Shown piece by piece: positions 47,584 to 57,800 of a DNA stretch of 64,000 nt. The stretch is from IMG/VR virus record IMGVR_UViG_3300042518_001688, positions 1 to 64,000 of that record, one strand, 5' to 3'. The notes under the pieces were generated by a model. That model worked only from the letters and a program-made list of their open reading frames with translations. It had not been told where the DNA came from and ran no database searches. A program made the position numbers and the translations under genes. Within the stretch, counting starts at the first letter, position 1, and each line of letters opens with the position of its first letter. The stretch comes from a virus.

Positions 47584-47637
47584 ATGAATCAAGATTATAT
47601 TCCGCATCGTGGTAGTGGCAGAAAGGGGGCTGAATAA
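47584..47637 (+). CDS. 17-aa RGSGR peptide, PatS/PatX-like (not in track)
   Basis: MNQDYIPHRGSGRKGAE*; first ORF after the promoter; TAATG-coupled to the next gene. Confidence 0.65.
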   Translation: MNQDYIPHRGSGRKGAE

Positions 47638-48185
47638 TGAAGGGAAAGCCAATTTCATTTAGTCCTGCGATGGTGCAAGCTATCCAAGAAAATAGAAAAA
47701 CACAGACCAGAAGGATAGCTAACAATCTCGGAAAACCACCTTACGAGAAAAGCGATCGCTTGTGGGTTCAGGAGAACTACCGTCTATCAAAAGACGGAGA
47801 TAAATACTGGTGTGAGTATGACGACGGCGCGAAAAAGTTAGTTAATTTAAGCACGGCTGAATTAACTAAATTGAGGAAACGGAAAACGCCACACTTCAAA
47901 AAGCAACCAGGAAGATTCATGTATCGCTCTTGTAGTCGCATCTTATTGGAAGTGACAGACGTTTATAGTGAGCAATTGCAGAATATTTCTGATGAAGATG
48001 CGATCGCAGAGGGGATTGAGAAAATCAGCGAAACACAATACAGGAATTATGTAGAAACGACATATCCTTTAGTGTATCCTTTTGCTTCATTTCATAGTCT
48101 ATGGCAGTCAATTTATGGTGCTAAATCTTGGCTAGATAATCCTTTTGTTTGGGTGATTAAGTTTAAGCAGTTGGAGGCGAACTAA
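47637..48185 (+). CDS. ASCH/PUA-like phage protein
   Basis: PISFSPAMVQAI...KTQTRR...LQNISDEDAIAEG...NPFVWVIKF. Confidence 0.8.
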   Translation: MKGKPISFSPAMVQAIQENRKTQTRRIANNLGKPPYEKSDRLWVQENYRLSKDGDKYWCEYDDGAKKLVNLSTAELTKLRKRKTPHFKKQPGRFMYRSCSRILLEVTDVYSEQLQNISDEDAIAEGIEKISETQYRNYVETTYPLVYPFASFHSLWQSIYGAKSWLDNPFVWVIKFKQLEAN

Positions 48186-48445
48186 TGGAAGATATCGCTT
48201 ACAAAATCGCAATGCTTGAAACTGAGGTTTTGTTTTACAAGATGATGACCGGATGCTTGGCTAAAACTTTGGCCACAGATGAAAATGATGTAGTTGACAA
48301 AGAGTTGTACAGGCAAATTCAAGTTAATGCGTCCAATCATGTGGTTGTCTTGATAAATCAAGATTCTGGTAAGGCTCAAGATTGGGTTAACAGAAATGTT
48401 TTTGACTTTCGGACAAAGATTGATATGGAGATGAAAAATGATTGA
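48185..48445 (+). CDS. Hypothetical protein
   Basis: GGAGG RBS, coupled. Confidence 0.7.
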   Translation: MEDIAYKIAMLETEVLFYKMMTGCLAKTLATDENDVVDKELYRQIQVNASNHVVVLINQDSGKAQDWVNRNVFDFRTKIDMEMKND

Positions 48446-48749
48446 CAATCAATTAATATCTGACAACTTCCTTTTATCCCCAATGGGTAAACCAGAGACA
48501 TCTGGATATAAAGAATTTGATGACGAGTACAGAGGATGGAGGATTTGGCTTGATTGTCCCAATGGCGGAATATTGGCGGTTGATATTCTTCATTATGAAC
48601 GGGGTCTGTGGTTAGGTTGCTCTACTTGTGAAAAGTTTGATTATGATGACGATGAAGGTATTGTTAATTATGCAAAAGAAATAATTGACAAAATAGAATC
48701 TTTTCTGGATGGACTGTCTGGTCAATTATCGTTGCTTGAGGTGGTGTAA
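48438..48749 (+). CDS. Hypothetical protein
   Basis: Coupled ORF ending in GQLSLL (clamp-binding-like). Confidence 0.65.
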   Translation: MIDNQLISDNFLLSPMGKPETSGYKEFDDEYRGWRIWLDCPNGGILAVDILHYERGLWLGCSTCEKFDYDDDEGIVNYAKEIIDKIESFLDGLSGQLSLLEVV

Positions 48750-48952
48750 TGAAGATTGAAGTTAACGCAAATGGATGGCTAATGATTGATTTTGGTTTCC
48801 TAGAAATCAATTCCAGTGGAAGACAAGAAGGTGAGTACCCATTTGGCTGGTTTGATGTTAATTTCTATTATTTTCATCCCACAACCAAAATAGTAAAAAG
48901 GTTGATTTTTACAAAGCCTGTGTTAAGTGACAACAGTAATCCGCCGTTTTGA
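48749..48952 (+). CDS. Hypothetical protein
   Basis: GAGG RBS, TAATG coupling. Confidence 0.6.
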   Translation: MKIEVNANGWLMIDFGFLEINSSGRQEGEYPFGWFDVNFYYFHPTTKIVKRLIFTKPVLSDNSNPPF

Positions 48953-49021
48953 TTTTTGGAAAATATGCGATCGCCTTTATTCAGTTAGAGCGATGCAGTT
49001 AAAAAGCAACGTAATTTAGGA

Positions 49022-49237
49022 GTGGTTAAAATGCGCGATGAATTGAAAGAAACTGTTGAAACTTTGGTAAATGAAATTCTTGACTACGAAAGTGATACTT
49101 TTTCTAGTGGAGCTAACGTAGTCACCAGAAAAGAAGCTGAACACATGGCGGCACAAGTGATCAGTAATTGCTTTGATAAATACGATGGATATTGTGTACA
49201 GGATTTACTGGACAATATTAGGGGAGAAGAAGATTAA
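49022..49237 (+). CDS. Hypothetical protein
   Basis: AGGAG RBS. Confidence 0.6.
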   Translation: MVKMRDELKETVETLVNEILDYESDTFSSGANVVTRKEAEHMAAQVISNCFDKYDGYCVQDLLDNIRGEED

Positions 49238-49262
49238 TCTTGTAGGTTTATCGAAATGAAAT

Positions 49263-49636
49263 AAATATGCGATCGCAATTATTAAAGCGATCGCACATAA
49301 GGAGAATTATGAAGAAACCAATAGCAATGAGACAGTATAGGTTAACTATCGTACCTTACGACAATAACGCTAGAAAAATCTGTGAGAGATTAAATGATAT
49401 TTGGGGTCATGGCGTTTTCCGTGAGTGCCGTAATGATAATGAGATATCACACCTTGGGTATCTTAAATGGGATGATTGGGAAAGTGATATCGCTAAGATT
49501 CAAAAAGATTTTCCCGATATCAAAATCCAAGTAGAAATTGATTAGTTTGGCAACAAGATAGTTTCCCATCTAGAAAATATGCGATCGCAATTATTAAAGC
49601 GATCGCACATAAGGAGAATTATGAAGAAACCAATAG
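49263..49636 (+). repeat. 62-bp direct repeat (49263-49324, 49575-49636): two HIP1, RBS and MKKPI start
   Basis: Exact duplication. Confidence 0.92.
49309..49545 (+). CDS. Hypothetical protein
   Basis: Start within repeat copy 1. Confidence 0.65.
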   Translation: MKKPIAMRQYRLTIVPYDNNARKICERLNDIWGHGVFRECRNDNEISHLGYLKWDDWESDIAKIQKDFPDIKIQVEID

Positions 49637-49764
49637 TCATCGTTTGTGAAGTGCCTGGTGAAGACCCAAGGGTAGTTATAAAGTTCGATGATTACCAAGA
49701 AGCCGTTAATCATCTAGCAATGCTGAATCAAGAAACAAACACCAATCCTTATAGAATTTTCTGA
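49621..49764 (+). CDS. Hypothetical protein
   Basis: Start within repeat copy 2. Confidence 0.6.
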   Translation: MKKPIVIVCEVPGEDPRVVIKFDDYQEAVNHLAMLNQETNTNPYRIF

Positions 49765-49984
49765 TTGATGTTGATATGCGATCGCGCAAATACGATCAAA
49801 CACAGGAATAAGGAGAACAATAAAATGCAATCAGTAACTTGATAAGTATAATTAAAGGAGTAATTGATTACTCCTTTTTTTATTAATTAACCTTGTAGAT
49901 CCAATAATGGGAAATATTGAAATATGGGATCAGATAAGAAATGACTCGAACTTGGGGAATCACAAGAGAAATTAATTAATATTT

Positions 49985-52687
49985 ATGTGGTTATTGGGAA
50001 ATGACGATCTTCCCCATGTGGCAGTAGAGTCAATTAGCGGACTACCCTTGGCTACATTGGGCGGAGCAAAGAGAGATAATATCGGATTATGCCTTATTGA
50101 TATACCTGATTTAATAACCGGGGGTTTGTCGGCTATCACGATAAATACTGCGGTAGTAACGGTAAGTGACACCCTTGCCGTATTTGAAGTTACCTATGGC
50201 AACAATGTTTTTACTCTCGCCGACACCGACACACCCCAACCCGGACAATTCACTTTTGATCACAGTACCCAACAAATAACCCTGCACACCAGCACGGCGT
50301 TACCGATAGGAATGAATGCAGTAGTTAGAGGTGGGAAGAACCTTACACCAGCGATCGCACATGGTTCTGGCTTACCTCCTGCGGTAAATACTGCTTTACC
50401 TTTAGAAACAAATTATGTTAGCCCTGGATTGTTTTGGTTGTTTTGGGGATTACCCATAATTGGTACTATCAATTGGGGTTGTTCCTTTGAGCAGCAGCCA
50501 TCAGGAAGCATCAATTTATTTGTCCCAAGGTCAAGTATTGGTACGGTGCGATCGCGCTTCGCTAGAGGAGAGGAACTGCAATTTGCTGGTATAGGTTTTA
50601 GTGTCAACGCCTATAGTGAAAAATTATTGAATACAGAGGAATATCCTGGTGGGTTCTACGAGGTAGGAGTTAGTCTAACTGGTTGGTCTAACCAATATAA
50701 ATATTTAAAGCCAGTATTATTGAAAGACCAATTTGATGCGGATTGCTCATTAATTGCTAATGGTGATTCAATTACTTTCGGTTCTGGCACGGCAACCAAA
50801 ACAAGCGTTAGCTCTCTATCAAAAAAGAATGGTGTCAGTGTTAACCTTGTTGGGGAGAAGTGGGATGTGAGTATTCCTGCTGGTGCTGCGGCTGACGCTA
50901 CAACCAGTTGGCAAGGGGAAATGCAATCTCGACTGAGAGTGAATGGAGCATTTATCAGCTATTGCTCTCCGGGTGTGGTTAAAGCCAAAGGTATTAATTC
51001 CGTTTCCCGGTGGAGTTTTCACGTACCTGAGTTTGAAATCGCCTACCAAGGGGAGATTAAACCTGTTCACTGGAAAGTAGACGGGCAGTTCTCTAAAGAA
51101 GCAAACAATGAAGACACAGAAGATACTCAAAGCAAGAATGTAGTAACTAGCGCCGAACCCAAGTGGCAGAAGAAAGAACCATTTACTGAGATAGTAACCA
51201 ATGGTGATGAAAATGCAGCTACTTGTCCTGATGTGGGGGGAGAATTAAAAGATCCTAGTTCCAATTTCGATACATCTGGACCAACTAAGAGTTTAGAAAT
51301 ATCTGTGATGATAGACGGTTCACCTTTGTCTCGCAGGAATGTAACCTTTGGTTATGCTTACACCGCGTATGACATTTACGAAGGTGAAGACTCCGATACT
51401 GAAACGCCTGTTTTCTCTGGCGCACCTGAGAACTATTGGCAGATTATTAAAGACCAGACAGAAAACTTCTACTATGACGATAAAACTGGGTATTTAACTG
51501 GTAGTCAGATACATGGTTGGCAGTTGGTAAGGTTTAAAACAGAGTCTTTCAAAGTTGGTGAAGTTGCCAATCCCCCAACCGTAGTAGGTAATGCGGAAGA
51601 TGCGGATGTAGAGGATGTCCTGTCACTGGAATATTACAAGTTCCGACAAGCACCTATAAACGGGTTTAGCGAATATTATTTATTGCAACACTCCGATTAC
51701 TACAAAGATGTTGAGCCACCACCAAAAGTACAGTATCCGGTGTGTACTAAAGCGGGAATTAATCAATGGGTGAAAGAGTACAAGGAAGTTGTAGACCCTA
51801 ACTGGATTCCTTCAATGTTTGTTAAAAAGGAACAGAGGTTTGTTAATACTTTTTTCTCTATCAAAGATCCATTAAATCGGCTTAAAGAAGAGGATGAGCC
51901 AAGAAACCCAGATTTAACCACAGGGGAAGAATCCTACCAATCCAGACAAATTTATATTTTGGCATCGGCAAATACTACGATGCCGAGATTGGTTTTTGAT
52001 TTATTCGACAAAAGTGATACTGCACCAGATAGATATTTAGAATACAACAAACAATATAGTGCCAGTGGTCCACAATTTAATAGTGTGGCTGAAGAGGTAA
52101 AGGCATCCCAACAGTCGGGTAGACCCGGAATAGCTACAAAACGAAATATTACTTATGACAGGGTTAAACCTGAAGGTGTTGATTTCAGGGTTAGTTCCGG
52201 CGGAGGTAATAACTCTGGGACAAAATACGAGTTTCATCTATTGTCGGGAAAGGATATTAATGACGTAGTTGACGGGTCTGTGTCTTACCCTTATGCAGAA
52301 ACAAAAGCGGATGCTATTAGAAATGCTGAAACTGAATTAACTATTCAACGTATTCAAGAAGTTGGTTCTGCTTCGGCAGTTATACCGTTTAATCCAGATA
52401 TTCGTGAATTTGATAAAGTGACTATTTCCACTGGTTATGACAGTTATAGGTTAAGAGTTTTATCATTTTCCAATAGTGTGGAAATACATGGTCAATTAGA
52501 TGGATTACCGTTTGTTACTTCTGATGGCACTAAATTGTCATTGGGGTTAGATCAGTCCGCTAGTTTTACTATGCAAGAAAAAGCTATTCCTCAGCCAAAA
52601 ATAACCCCAGCCGGTGATCCCAGTAAAAAGGGATTAACACTAGGCTGGGTGAGTAATATTGTTCTTAAAAACAGGAGAAGACCATGA
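49985..52687 (+). CDS. Putative tail/baseplate structural protein
   Basis: 900 aa, beta-rich, in the virion gene region. Confidence 0.6.
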   Translation: MWLLGNDDLPHVAVESISGLPLATLGGAKRDNIGLCLIDIPDLITGGLSAITINTAVVTVSDTLAVFEVTYGNNVFTLADTDTPQPGQFTFDHSTQQITLHTSTALPIGMNAVVRGGKNLTPAIAHGSGLPPAVNTALPLETNYVSPGLFWLFWGLPIIGTINWGCSFEQQPSGSINLFVPRSSIGTVRSRFARGEELQFAGIGFSVNAYSEKLLNTEEYPGGFYEVGVSLTGWSNQYKYLKPVLLKDQFDADCSLIANGDSITFGSGTATKTSVSSLSKKNGVSVNLVGEKWDVSIPAGAAADATTSWQGEMQSRLRVNGAFISYCSPGVVKAKGINSVSRWSFHVPEFEIAYQGEIKPVHWKVDGQFSKEANNEDTEDTQSKNVVTSAEPKWQKKEPFTEIVTNGDENAATCPDVGGELKDPSSNFDTSGPTKSLEISVMIDGSPLSRRNVTFGYAYTAYDIYEGEDSDTETPVFSGAPENYWQIIKDQTENFYYDDKTGYLTGSQIHGWQLVRFKTESFKVGEVANPPTVVGNAEDADVEDVLSLEYYKFRQAPINGFSEYYLLQHSDYYKDVEPPPKVQYPVCTKAGINQWVKEYKEVVDPNWIPSMFVKKEQRFVNTFFSIKDPLNRLKEEDEPRNPDLTTGEESYQSRQIYILASANTTMPRLVFDLFDKSDTAPDRYLEYNKQYSASGPQFNSVAEEVKASQQSGRPGIATKRNITYDRVKPEGVDFRVSSGGGNNSGTKYEFHLLSGKDINDVVDGSVSYPYAETKADAIRNAETELTIQRIQEVGSASAVIPFNPDIREFDKVTISTGYDSYRLRVLSFSNSVEIHGQLDGLPFVTSDGTKLSLGLDQSASFTMQEKAIPQPKITPAGDPSKKGLTLGWVSNIVLKNRRRP

Positions 52688-52851
52688 TAACTAAAATTCA
52701 ATTAGAAGATGCGATCGCTCAAATGTTAAAGTCCAGTCGCCCCACGATTACTTTTTCAGATAATTCAATAACTATTAGTCAAGATGGAAATTCCCAGGTT
52801 CTCCGGGGGATTCAACGGAATAACTCTGGGAATGTAATTAGGTTGAAGTAG
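52684..52851 (+). CDS. Small hypothetical protein (not in track)
   Basis: AGGAG RBS, ATGA overlap. Confidence 0.55.
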   Translation: MITKIQLEDAIAQMLKSSRPTITFSDNSITISQDGNSQVLRGIQRNNSGNVIRLK

Positions 52852-52853
52852 TA

Positions 52854-53297
52854 TCAATCCTGCCAATATCTACTAATTTTCTTTGTTAGCTTCCGGGGAG
52901 AACTGCTAAACTGCTTGCCTTCCCGAAATGCTTTTTGCTTGCTACGGTTTAAGGATTTCACTTCACTCTTGGATAAATCCTCCCACGCTGCTGAAGGTAA
53001 ATATTTTTTAACTACTGTTCGCCCGCTCTTGGTTTTCCGATAGCTCTTACCTCCATCGGCGGTTCTCCATTTTTGTTTAGTCCACTTAACCATACTGTTG
53101 CTGCGGGTTTTCTTGCCCTTATAACCACCACCTTTATCTTTGTATATCTTGGTGGCTAATTGCATGGCTCTAGCACTATGTTTTCCACCCATTCGAGCAA
53201 CGGCTGTACGCTTGGCTTGTTCCCATAATCCGGGCTTGGTTTTGGTGGCAGTATTGAATTTGGCTGTTTGAATGTATGACTCCAGCAGTCCAGGCAT
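52854..53297 (-). CDS. Basic DUF5872-like protein
   Basis: SARAMQLATKIYKDKGGGYKG...KWTKQKWRT...YLPSAAW. Confidence 0.7.
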   Translation of the reverse strand: MPGLLESYIQTAKFNTATKTKPGLWEQAKRTAVARMGGKHSARAMQLATKIYKDKGGGYKGKKTRSNSMVKWTKQKWRTADGGKSYRKTKSGRTVVKKYLPSAAWEDLSKSEVKSLNRSKQKAFREGKQFSSSPRKLTKKISRYWQD

Positions 53298-53412
53298 AGG
53301 CTTATTGGTAATTAATGTATTAATTCCCTAAGATGCACTGGAATAGAGTGGCGCGATCGCACTCTTGTTAGTGAGTGCGATCGCCTATCAAAAGTGCGAT
53401 CGCTGTTATTTA

Positions 53413-54258
53413 CTAAATTGCTTCAATTACAGATGGATACCACTTTAACGATGTCACAGATTTATTGTGTCCTTTGGCTGTATCCATGACAGTTTGAGAA
53501 TATCCTTTACCTTCCTCTGTTGGCTTCCAAGCGGGTTCACTTCCATTCGGGTTTTTAAATTGTAAACCTTTATCTACTAGGAGTTTGTTCATCTTTTGCG
53601 CTGACAATTTAATGCCAGTTTTAGCTTCGTATAGTTCTGCTAGTTTTCCATGTCTAACTAACTCGTCTTCGATGGGGATACTTAACAACTTCTTGGCTTC
53701 TTCCATTGCAGGTGCAAGCTCCGGGTAAATCTTGGAGAAATAATTAGCCTTAACACCAGCAATTAATCTGGAGTCTGTTCCTGTAGGTATCAAAACCAAG
53801 TCAATAGCAGTAGCACTTGCTTGTAAGTAAAGAGGGTTGCTTAGTTCTTGGTTTATTTGCTCCACTTGCTTGGGTTCTTGTCTTTTCCATCCTGTCTGTT
53901 GTTGTATCCAAGACCGGACACCAATACCAGTAAAAGCAGTGTCAACCATTTCCGCTTGTTTCTTGCATCTTTGTCCAGCTTTATAAGCGTAGTATTTGGC
54001 TATGATCGCGATCGCTAAATCAGGAATACCATTTTCAGTCCAAAACAAAATCCCACCAGCATCAAAGCCTTGCTCTGTAAGCAGTGCAACCAATTTACTA
54101 GGAGAAATCCCACCAGCAGTTTTAAGCGATTCCAGTAAACTTGTATGATCAACATCCATCAACCTAGCAACTGCACGAATTGACGCTTTACCTTTTCCGG
54201 TTGCATCAACAGAGATTTCATTTTTGATCTGATCAACGATTAATGCTAAATTAGTCAT
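53413..54258 (-). CDS. Phage antirepressor-like protein
   Basis: ASIRAVARL N-domain; C-terminal SAQKMNKLL..GLQ...WKPTEEGK...LKW (ANT/KilAC-like). Confidence 0.7.
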   Translation of the reverse strand: MTNLALIVDQIKNEISVDATGKGKASIRAVARLMDVDHTSLLESLKTAGGISPSKLVALLTEQGFDAGGILFWTENGIPDLAIAIIAKYYAYKAGQRCKKQAEMVDTAFTGIGVRSWIQQQTGWKRQEPKQVEQINQELSNPLYLQASATAIDLVLIPTGTDSRLIAGVKANYFSKIYPELAPAMEEAKKLLSIPIEDELVRHGKLAELYEAKTGIKLSAQKMNKLLVDKGLQFKNPNGSEPAWKPTEEGKGYSQTVMDTAKGHNKSVTSLKWYPSVIEAI

Positions 54259-54465
54259 AACAGATTAACCCAGCCCTTTTGGGTGAAATGTTTGCCAGCG
54301 ATATAACCTCTTTGGTGGTCTTAACCCACCTCTGCGGTGCTGGTATTTTAATATTATACAACAGCTTTGGTATAAATCAAGTAAAACATAGACCAATAAA
54401 TAATTCTGTTGACAAAATGTAAAATATCTCCATAATGATATTTATAGGAGTTAAGTAATTGTGTT

Positions 54466-54825
54466 ATGAAGAATAAAGTTAAGTCTGTTGCAATGCACGA
54501 AGTTAGGAACACATTGCCAAAAATCAGAAGACAAGTCCAAATTGGTGGTGCGACAATTCTCCCCACTTATCACAACGGTGTCGTTGGTGTGTTTATTAGC
54601 GTCCCTACTTCAAAATCATTATTTATCCAAGCGTCAGAAGAAGTGCCAATAACTAAATTCAGGCAATCCGCTACTGAATACTGGGAAAGACTGCAAACTG
54701 AAGTTGAGTGCATCTATCTAACAAACCACTCAAGAAAGGTTGTAGCCTTTGTTTCAACCAAGTTTATTCCTGACTTAAAGATAGAACTGCCCACTATCAA
54801 AATACTGGATTGCGGACTTTCGTAA
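54466..54825 (+). CDS. Tandem Phd/YefM-like protein
   Basis: Two units: VAMHEVRNTL and VPITKFRQSA...LTNHSRKVVAFV; TTGACA promoter upstream. Confidence 0.55.
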   Translation: MKNKVKSVAMHEVRNTLPKIRRQVQIGGATILPTYHNGVVGVFISVPTSKSLFIQASEEVPITKFRQSATEYWERLQTEVECIYLTNHSRKVVAFVSTKFIPDLKIELPTIKILDCGLS

Positions 54826-54874
54826 TTTATCACCAAGGGAACTACAGCCATGTTCCCTCAAGTTCGACTCGAAC

Positions 54875-57800
54875 ATGGCAAAAGTCACTTACGCTAACGG
54901 CAGGCAACAACTACCATTCAATAACTCAAAAGTAGTAGTTTCCACCGGAGGCACAAGCACCCAGGCGCGATCGCTCTACTTTGCAATTCAAGGACAAAAC
55001 CCCGCAGGTAAAAACCTGTTGTCCTCGGTTGTCGGTCCAATAGCGATCGCATCAGGTCAACAAGTCACAATCACGATTGACACCAACTGCCGATTAGCAG
55101 GTGAGTGGTGGACTGATTTTGTGATATCTGCAAACACCACTAACGATGTCACCACCTTTGTACAAGTGGCCAAGATTCCTGGGAATTTGACACTACCGCA
55201 AACAGTGGTATTGAACAGCGATGAAGATTTTAAATTAAGCAATATAGTAGCCACCCCAAGTAATTTACCAGCAGCAGCCGATGTCCTTCATGGTGCATTA
55301 CGTGGTATCACTTCATTGGATGCAGTTTATGAATATGATGCTTTCTCGACTAAAACAGCAAATGGTATTAATGTACTTACGGCTACTACAGGTAGATGGC
55401 TTCTCAAAGGTGTTAGTTTTTCTTCTTACGTGGCTTCAGTAACGGGTATTGGTGGTTGCGCTCAAGATGTTAATGATTTAGCACCAGATGAGGTAATTCT
55501 GCCTACCTACGCAGTAGATGGAACTGTCGGAACAACTCAGAAGTTTTGGCTTGTAAATGACAGTACCGCAAATGAACCCGCAGGACGTAGGGTAGGCGTT
55601 ACTGTCTTGGTAAACGATGAACCTAAAACTACATTATTCAATAATCTAATTAAAGTTATATTTCGTGGATATGCCGATACCGAATTAGGAACACTCCGCA
55701 CTACAGATACATTAAGCAACCCACTTTATTTGCTAGATCAGGAAGTAGGGGTTAAAGCCAGAAAATCTAACTTAATTCTGTCAGATCCTCTTGCCCCTGA
55801 TGAGGCGATGGTGTTGGAGTTTTACCCTAAATTCTCGGCATCTGACCTGAATAAATTAATCCCTAGAGGTAGCGTTATTGCTCTGTTCCCATTCTTCTAT
55901 GACCAAGCAGGAGAATATACAGAAGCAGGTGCGCCTCTAGGGAATTTGATTTACAACAGGGGCGATTATCGTTTACTTGTTCCTGGAGTTGGGTTACTGG
56001 CTAAAGCCCTACCCGGTGGTGGGATGGTAGAGTTTATCAGTTTCCTTGATACTCCTGAATCAGTAGTTGCTGGTTTTGCTAATAATAAAAATAATCAAAT
56101 TGTTGCTGTCAATGGTAATGGTGTCGTCCTTCAATTAACTGTTCCTTCACCTAATCAAGCTGCGGTTGATGCTGCTATTGGTATGGGATTGGCTTCAACC
56201 TTGCGATCGCTCGGCATTATGGACGAAACAGAGGATGTTAGAGCGATAATAGGGACGGCAAACGGTGAAGGATTTGCAACTGCATGGAGTGGAAATTTTG
56301 CTAATACAGGTAATCAGGTATTCACTATTTCCTCTGCATATCCTTGTAATGCAGATGGTAATGGTACAATTCGGAGTGATTACCCTGATACCAGATTAAG
56401 GGGTAGAACTGGTTATTTTAATCCAGGTGAAGTTGTAATTTACGTCAAGAGGGTCAGTAATGGTGAAATTCGTAAGTTTACTGGTTCTGTCGTCACCATA
56501 GGTACAAGTCAATCATTCTCTATCCCCAACTGGAGTACAGGGACAGTTACCACTGTTGCCGTCCCCAGCGATGATTCTTTTGGGCTGTATGCCCCTGGTA
56601 CACCAACTGCCACTATTACCACAGGAACAAGTGATTACGCTGCTGGTAATTACCAATTTGCGATCGCCTTCAAATACACTAATGTTATTACCAGCATCTC
56701 CCATAGTGAATACGATGGTTGTTTGTTGACGTTAGATGATATTGACATGGCTAAATTGGTACTGCGATCGCGTGACAGTACCCGAATTTTAGCGGGAGAA
56801 GGTGTACCATCTCCGTCTTTGGATATAGACGGTAGTTTCTATCTTGATAAATTAAATAATGATTTTTATGGACCTAAAACGAGTGGGGTATGGGGAACTC
56901 CTGTTTCATTGGTTGGGACTCCTGGATATAACGCCTATACAGCCACTACCGCAAGCTTTTCAATTCCCAATATCGGCAACACTGTAACTATTTCAGTTGC
57001 TAGGTCTGATTGGATGGTTGTAGGTCAATTAATTTATATTGAAACTGCGGGTAGTTTTACTATTACTGCAAAACCTAGCTCCACGTCGGCAACTATTCAA
57101 AATAATGGTTATCAAGGTAATGCGGCTGCAACTACTACAATTACCACAGCTAAAGGTGTGTCTCCTAGTGGTGCAGTAGGCTTGACTGGCGCACCTGGAG
57201 GATACACAACTACTACCTCAAGTTTTGTGCAACCGTCGGCAAATAGTAATGTCACAGTCGCGGTAGTTGATAGTACCTGGATGTCGTCTGGGTTGACTAT
57301 CTACATAGAAAATGGTGGTTATTATTCAGTGATATCTAAACCTAATGCAACTTCTGTGATTGTTGCCAACTTAGGGTATTCAGAAAATGCTAGTCCTGGT
57401 ACAACGATAGCTACAACTAAAACGGTTTCTAGCAGTGGTGTGAGGGGAGCAACAGGACAAACGGGAGCTACAGGTGCTACAGGAGCGACAGGAGCTACAG
57501 GTGCAAATGGGACTAATGGTGTATCTAGCTACACTTATATAGCTTATGCTGAAGATACTAATGGTACAGGATTTACCAATACTTTTAGTAGCACTAAGGA
57601 TTTTATAGCAGTAAAAACTACAACATCACCAATTGCTTCTCCTATTGCAAGTGACTTTACTGGTTTATGGAAAAATTATAAAGGTGCTACAGGTGCGCCG
57701 GGTAGCATTACAGCCGCTTCTGAGGTAACACTAACAGAGGTAAATGTTGATGCTACAACAGCAATAGATCAAATAAAAATTTTCAATAAATTAGGGGAAC

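Noticed and set aside
1748-54876. TCGA palindrome as a LexA/SOS box
   Set aside because: Half-sites are in the opposite order to the Gram-positive CGAAC-N4-GTTCG box and do not match the cyanobacterial RGTAC-N3-DGTWCB box
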